From positions 248,001 through 312,000 of the forward strand of contig CBFDEM010000060.1 of the NCBI GenBank assembly GCA_965603825.1: 64,000 bases of DNA. The letters are read 5' to 3'. How positions within the stretch are numbered: the first letter of the stretch is position 1; the number at the start of each line of letters is the position of its first letter. Position numbers and translations under genes: made by a program. Source of the stretch: Blepharisma stoltei ATCC 30299 (lineage: Eukaryota; Protista; Ciliophora). A model generated the notes under the pieces. The model did no database searches, had not been told where the DNA came from, and saw only the letters and a list, made by a program, of their open reading frames with translations. Below, piece by piece: positions 58,398 to 64,000 of this stretch.

Positions 58398-59735
58398 TTA
58401 TTTGCTCATTATATACATACCTTGATATCTTCTTCCATATATAAAAGCTTTCTTTTCATGATTAAAATCTTCAACCATCCCTTTGATGTCACTTTTTTCG
58501 AACTTTAGCTCACTTTCTGTGAGCTTTTCTTGCAAGCTTTCAATATCATTTTCAATTTTTTTCCCGATTTCTTTAATCTCTTCTTTTTCATGCTTAGTGT
58601 TCTCTTCAAGTTTTCAGCATTTTTCCATCACATCTTTCAATAAATTCATTTCAGAAGTCTTTCGAGGACTAGCTGACATTCGTTTTGTAGGAGGGTTGCT
58701 ATTTGAAACTCAGATAGATGCTTGTGAAGCTCTATGAGTTGACTCTCGAACTGAAGTAAGAAATGTGGACTCTTTGATGGGACTTTGGCTAAGATGGTGC
58801 AAGTTGGCATCTAATAAAAATATATTTGACCTATTTTTATAGTTTGGGAAGTCTTGAAGATTATCCCTTTTTTGTGTTAAATTTATTTGGCTTGCAGAAA
58901 ATAATTGTTTAAGAAAGCGTGAATGATTTTCTTCTTGTGCTTGAGGATCAGGTTGGCTCGATAAAAAATGAGTTGTCCTATTTTTCAAAATATCCTTGCA
59001 GGTATCTTTTAAAGAAGCTCTATTAGAACTTGCAAGAGATCCTCCTTTACTTCTTCTATCATTAAACACTTCTTTGTGAGATGATCTGCTTGTTAGTGAT
59101 TTAAATTCCCCTGGAAGTATGCTGCAGCTCTCAGCAGGGATCTTTTTAACTGCTTTTAGTAAATTTCCATTTGACAAACTTTTTTTCTGTTTAAGTCTAT
59201 TTATATACTCAATCACATCACCAGCGGCTCTTTCGGGCTCTCTGTTGTCTTTTAGACTTTCTTTGAAATTTCCAATATGGACACTGGCGTTACTCATACT
59301 TTTTATTGGAGAACTACTTTCTGCCGTACACTTATTAGAGTTGCTCTTGGAGTCAAATAGCCTAAAATCCTTTAAATTCGGCTGTTTTAATTTGTCCTCC
59401 AAAGAAATCAGCTTTGGTTTTCGAAAGGGTTTCTTTTTGGGGTCAAGAATGTGAAAATGCTTGGAATTGCAAAATTTTTCGTTATCTTTGTTTTTGCGGT
59501 TTGGGGTGAAACTCTCTATTTTTCTCCTTTGTATTTCAGCTTTTTGCCTGTGAGTAAGGTTCTGCGAAAGAGTCTTACTCAAATGTTCTCCATAATCCTC
59601 ATTGATCTCTGATTTATTTCTAAAGTCTCACAGCCTAATTGCGAATTTTTGGCTTAATAAGCTTTTTTGTAATAAATTGGTTGCCTCTGCTACATTCTCA
59701 AACGCAATAATTTCTCTTTCTTTAAAAACATCCAT
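58398..59735 (-). CDS. hypothetical basic/coiled-coil protein
   Basis: ATG 59735 to TAA 58398, continuous with three TGA=Trp; a possible terminal 16-nt intron could alter the last residues. Confidence 0.7.
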
Positions 59736-59885
59736 ACTAGATAATATTTTTGCTAATTCATAATAAAAGTAAAGTATAGTAATCTTAGAATTTGTTTTAA
59801 AAAGATCATTAATGCTATCTATTAAGTCTACCGTTTTATTATAATAAATAACTAAGAGAATAAAGTTATTTGAAAAGTGTTTATT

Positions 59886-62800
59886 TTAATCATTTAGTTG
59901 CGTCAGCAATGCAACGCCACGTTTAATCCAATGTGCAGGATCTAAATCAGTAGCGAGCTTGAAAAACATGACAAAGTTTGTAGAGTGTCCAGTCGTGCTC
60001 AGTTCTCCTCTTCTATCGCTGGTCTTATACAATGGACAACTATAATGAGGAAACTTAATAATTTCTACTCCAGGTTTAAGCCAAATCATAGGACATTCAG
60101 TAAAAAGCTTCTTTGGCTTCGATTCTGCCAGCTGTTTCTTCTTATAACTCCATCTTGCACCTTCTAAAAACATTCCAGTTACCAAAACTCCATCCTCAGG
60201 CTTCTTAGGGTTATCATCTGCAACTACTTCATAATTGAAGTTAATTTCATCAATAGGGATTGTATACTTCCTTGCATAGTTCTGCAGAGCTCCAGTTAAG
60301 AAACTTTGTGTGAAGTAAAATCTCGAAATCTCGTATACCACAGGGGTGCCTTCATTTACCCATTTCTTGAAAAACTCAATCCTCTGCTTTAAATCTCCTA
60401 TATAGCTTCCTAACGGCTTCAGAGATGGGTATGACGCTTTCATCCAAATTTCAGGGACTTTTCCATCAAAAAGAGTACGCAAGGTCGCTTCAATTATAGA
60501 GGACATCGGAATTTGTCCTTTAATTGCTTTAAGTAAGTCTTGAAGAGATGATCTGACAGTTCTGGTGAGATTGTTAAATCTCAAAACTTCTTGTGTTAGA
60601 ACAGTATTCATGCTTTCTCCATAAGTAGGCGGGTATTTCTTCTGTGCGTTGTCTTCATCAAGAATTTCTGGAGGGTCAGCCAATATGCCTTCAGCCAGTT
60701 TTATAACAGTTTCTTCAACTGAGCTTCCACCTCCACCTCCTCCGCCTCCACTTGATTGTGTTAGTAGCATCGAGTTGAACATTGAAGTAGCTTCGTTTTG
60801 ATTTTTAGTAATGTCCGCATTAGAATGGAAGCCAAATATTCCTGGAGGAGCTATATCAGGAAGTTTTTCTACGAAATCTAAATAGTCTTGGAATTCACCT
60901 GTAGGTGGTGCATAATATTCAGAAATTCCTGAAAACTTGTAATTATCGTCAAATATTTTGTCAGTGTAAAAATCTTCGAGGAGTGTTTTAATGAGCCTTC
61001 TGTCTTTATCATCTGTTACTCTTCCTCCGAAGTTGCACTCACCAGTTAGATAACTGAGAGCTTCGAAAGGCACTTTATCGTATTGGTTCAAGAACATTTG
61101 AAGCTGTTGGACACTGATTCTTAAATCGGATTCTGAAAATTCGTAAGGAATGTTCCAGCCTAATGGGCCATAAAGTCTTCTTTCTTGAATAACAGCATTG
61201 AAGAAGCATAAGCCAAATAATAATTTTTTCCATTCTTTTTCTTTTTTGCAGCTGTTAAAGAAGTGAGGATCTGATATGAAATCTTTGTTGTAAGACCCTG
61301 TGAGATTTGATTTCAGACCTTTAGGAGGTTCATTGGTCATTTTAAGACCGTTTTGCAATAAGGTTACAGGGAATTTCGGAGATGGGTATGAAGTCAACCA
61401 AAGTCTAAAATCTCTTCCGGTGCCTTTTTGATCAGGAGTTATGCTTTGGACAATTTGTTCTAGTCTCGGCATCCAACTCACAGCTAAGTGGCAGTTCATC
61501 AGCAGCACCCAATCGCCAGTTTCCAGAGATCTATTAATAATTTCTTCTGCAGCCTTTCCTTGTCCTTGCCCTAGAGATCTTGTTTCTAGTTTTTTGCGCT
61601 TATTATCAGCAAAGTTTTGCAGTGCTCGCAATGGATCTGAGCCAGGACTTAAAATGAAAATAAGTGGGGCTGTTCTGCTAGAATCTTTATATATGTCTTT
61701 AAGCTTAAGAGTTGAAGAAACAGTGAACTCTCTCCCAAGTCTTTTGGCGACAAACTCAATGGTGGCAGCTACTATAGAATCTGGTCTTAAGGATCTAAGA
61801 ACTAGCAGCTTTTCGAAGTCATTTAAAAATGTATGCCATTTTCCTGGGAAGTGGCAATCAAAAGGCTTTGGATTATCGAAAATTGCTTTCCAGGCTGAAA
61901 TATTGTCTCTTATGTCATAGAAGAACCCTTGGAATCTGGGGAGATCGCTAAGTCTGCAAAACTCTGCCCACGATTTATCAAGTAGCCAATCTGCATCAGG
62001 CTTTTCAGGCAGTTTCTCATCAAGCCCAATACCTCCTGTCATTAAAAACCTCAGTTCTGCTATATCAAGCTCTTTATTATACTCCATAAATTTCAATGTC
62101 AAATTGAATGCGAACAACAGGCGGTCTTTTTCGAATAAAGATCTGCAAATATTTGAGTAAAGGATTTTAGTAAATGTTTTCTGGAGATTTTTCAGTCTTT
62201 CTTCTAAGACTTCGTTGGCTTCACTTTCATTGATGGCGCGCAAGAAAAGATTGTTGAAAAAATCTAGTGAGTATTGATACATAGGGTCAATATTTCCAAG
62301 CTCAGTTATGCAGAAGAACAATAAAGCCATACAATCAGAGAAAGGCTTATAGCCCAATCTAGCTTGATCAATTCTTTCTTCAGTCACCTTGGCATTTTCC
62401 TGTTCAGTCTCGATTTGGTTTGATACAACTTTGGATTGTGAAAGAACGCTGATTGCTTCATCGTCGTCTAGGATGTTTCCAGATGTGGTGCTCATGATGT
62501 GGAGAATTTTATCTTGAATTTGTTTTAGTCTCTTTTGGTTTTCAGCTGTTTGAATAATTATATGCTCTTTTGTCCTTGCTAGCTCTGGCTGCTCTTCTGC
62601 GACAACTGTGACCAAAAGTTGGTCAGCAAGACCTTCAGGAGTGATCATGAAGTTAATCAAAGTTACTTTAGTAGACAGCTCAGGCAGGTAGTGGGGGTTT
62701 CTTAGTCTTGTTGTGATGTAGAATCGGAAATCTTTGTTATATTCGACGTTGCTTTCTCCTAATCTTAGGATATTTTTTACAACTTGTTTAAGCAAAAGTG

Positions 62801-64000
62801 GCTCAAGACTTGGATCTAGCTCTTCACCAACGTTTTCTAAGAGAACTGGGTGTCCAAAAGTGATTTTATTTTCTAGAAGCCTTAAGAAATTGTCATCGGT
62901 GAGTTTAAGGACTAGTAAAGTGCCTTCTTTGCCTTCCATTTTTTTAATCCACTTGTTGGCTTGAGATTCTGGATCAATCATTAATGGCCATCTACGAGCT
63001 TTCGAAACAATAATGCCATTTTCAATAGAAAATGAATCTCTAGGCAAACTGTCTATATTCCATGATCTTATTTTCACTGGATCTCCCAAACAGCTTTGCA
63101 GAGAATACACAGCACTGCTTGGAATTCCTCGATTTTTGCAGTCTTGGTTCCACAGCTCTGCAATCTGAGCTCTATAACTTGCTGTAAAAGGACCTAAATA
63201 AGCAATCATTCCAGAAGAGACAAGGACGTCTCCAGTAAGCATAATATATTCTTCACCAAGTCTTTTAGCAAATTCTTTCCAAGCTACTTTTTCTCCTCCT
63301 AAACTTTCAATTAGTTGTTGAGCCCTTGTTAGCCTTCTTTTACAGTCATCGACTTCTTTCTCTAGCCTTTCTTTATTAGCAGTTGTTATATCCAAATCAT
63401 TTTGCAAGGCAGCTACTTTATCTTGAACTTCTTTCAAGGCTGCTTCTTTAACTTCTAAAGCTCTCATATACTTATTATACTCTTCTTCTGCAACAGCTTG
63501 TGCTTTCTGCAAAGGCTCAACTTCTAGATTAACATGATAAAATTTCTCCATAGCTAAAACCCAAGAACATAGACCTGCAGCAGCACTAGAAATTTTGTTT
63601 CTCATATTTTCTGCATTAAACTCTGAATTCTGTACAAATTTCTGCAACTCCTTGATCATTTTTTCAGTCATCCAGCTTTTGTCATAATTTCTCAAATCTT
63701 CCAAGAACTCTGCTCTGCTCAAAACTTTCATTGAAGCGTCCCACCATTGTGGAATCATTTTCATTGTATTTGGATCCTGCTTTCTTGGAGGATCGACTTT
63801 CAATAAAATACAGACAGCTTCCATGACGTCCTTCACAAGTTGAGGTGGGTTTGCCCCTTTTTTCATTTTGCTGATATCGTCTTTGTTCAAGACTTGCAAA
63901 GCATCTAATGCAGCTTGAAGAATGGGCATGCATTCAGCTAAAGCAATGTCGCACTCTCTTTTAATGCCTTCAGCTTTCTCAGCAGCTGCTCTTGCGATTA
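59886..64000 (-). CDS. axonemal dynein heavy chain (inner-arm type), C-terminal part; 5' end lies beyond the window
   Basis: Stalk/MTBD, AAA5 (RRWPLMIDP..QANKWIK), AAA6 (LSPGSDP, SLGQGQG, GPLGWNIPYEF), C-terminus HWIKRGVALL. Confidence 0.96.
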   Translation of the reverse strand, partial: IARAAAEKAEGIKRECDIALAECMPILQAALDALQVLNKDDISKMKKGANPPQLVKDVMEAVCILLKVDPPRKQDPNTMKMIPQWWDASMKVLSRAEFLEDLRNYDKSWMTEKMIKELQKFVQNSEFNAENMRNKISSAAAGLCSWVLAMEKFYHVNLEVEPLQKAQAVAEEEYNKYMRALEVKEAALKEVQDKVAALQNDLDITTANKERLEKEVDDCKRRLTRAQQLIESLGGEKVAWKEFAKRLGEEYIMLTGDVLVSSGMIAYLGPFTASYRAQIAELWNQDCKNRGIPSSAVYSLQSCLGDPVKIRSWNIDSLPRDSFSIENGIIVSKARRWPLMIDPESQANKWIKKMEGKEGTLLVLKLTDDNFLRLLENKITFGHPVLLENVGEELDPSLEPLLLKQVVKNILRLGESNVEYNKDFRFYITTRLRNPHYLPELSTKVTLINFMITPEGLADQLLVTVVAEEQPELARTKEHIIIQTAENQKRLKQIQDKILHIMSTTSGNILDDDEAISVLSQSKVVSNQIETEQENAKVTEERIDQARLGYKPFSDCMALLFFCITELGNIDPMYQYSLDFFNNLFLRAINESEANEVLEERLKNLQKTFTKILYSNICRSLFEKDRLLFAFNLTLKFMEYNKELDIAELRFLMTGGIGLDEKLPEKPDADWLLDKSWAEFCRLSDLPRFQGFFYDIRDNISAWKAIFDNPKPFDCHFPGKWHTFLNDFEKLLVLRSLRPDSIVAATIEFVAKRLGREFTVSSTLKLKDIYKDSSRTAPLIFILSPGSDPLRALQNFADNKRKKLETRSLGQGQGKAAEEIINRSLETGDWVLLMNCHLAVSWMPRLEQIVQSITPDQKGTGRDFRLWLTSYPSPKFPVTLLQNGLKMTNEPPKGLKSNLTGSYNKDFISDPHFFNSCKKEKEWKKLLFGLCFFNAVIQERRLYGPLGWNIPYEFSESDLRISVQQLQMFLNQYDKVPFEALSYLTGECNFGGRVTDDKDRRLIKTLLEDFYTDKIFDDNYKFSGISEYYAPPTGEFQDYLDFVEKLPDIAPPGIFGFHSNADITKNQNEATSMFNSMLLTQSSGGGGGGGGSSVEETVIKLAEGILADPPEILDEDNAQKKYPPTYGESMNTVLTQEVLRFNNLTRTVRSSLQDLLKAIKGQIPMSSIIEATLRTLFDGKVPEIWMKASYPSLKPLGSYIGDLKQRIEFFKKWVNEGTPVVYEISRFYFTQSFLTGALQNYARKYTIPIDEINFNYEVVADDNPKKPEDGVLVTGMFLEGARWSYKKKQLAESKPKKLFTECPMIWLKPGVEIIKFPHYSCPLYKTSDRRGELSTTGHSTNFVMFFKLATDLDPAHWIKRGVALLTQLND

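Noticed and set aside
1-64000. tRNA, rRNA, CRISPR arrays, prokaryotic operons
   Set aside because: None seen by eye; the window is eukaryotic nuclear DNA

Overview
AT-rich, gene-dense eukaryotic DNA, most likely the macronuclear genome of a heterotrich ciliate of the Blepharisma type (organism is an inference). Two signals support this. UGA is read as Trp: it sits at invariant Trp positions of IQ, MORN, kinase, SAM, PH, MFS and aminotransferase motifs, and only UAA/UAG end genes. Introns are only 15-16 nt (GTA...A(-6)...AG). The supplied ORF track therefore fragments many genes; I re-joined them by hand into about 43 protein-coding genes. Recognisable genes include SmD1, MUB/UBL3, a Rab5/22-like GTPase, BBIP1, ES1/GATD3, PLK1, RPT5, EMG1, RPS15A, CEP76, CFAP36, a serine carboxypeptidase and an axonemal dynein heavy chain truncated by the window end. 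The most notable observations are: a 5'-truncated non-LTR retrotransposon with a 15-bp TSD, 3' stem-loops and a (TGAA)n tail; several intact genes whose catalytic residues are replaced (SOAT-like and DHHC-like tail-to-tail, an aspartate aminotransferase with the PLP Lys changed to Arg, a PB1-trypsin-Kelch fusion); a secreted precursor of two repeated amphipathic helices; a HEXIM-motif microprotein; strongly bimodal TGG/TGA usage between genes; and several intergenic hairpins.
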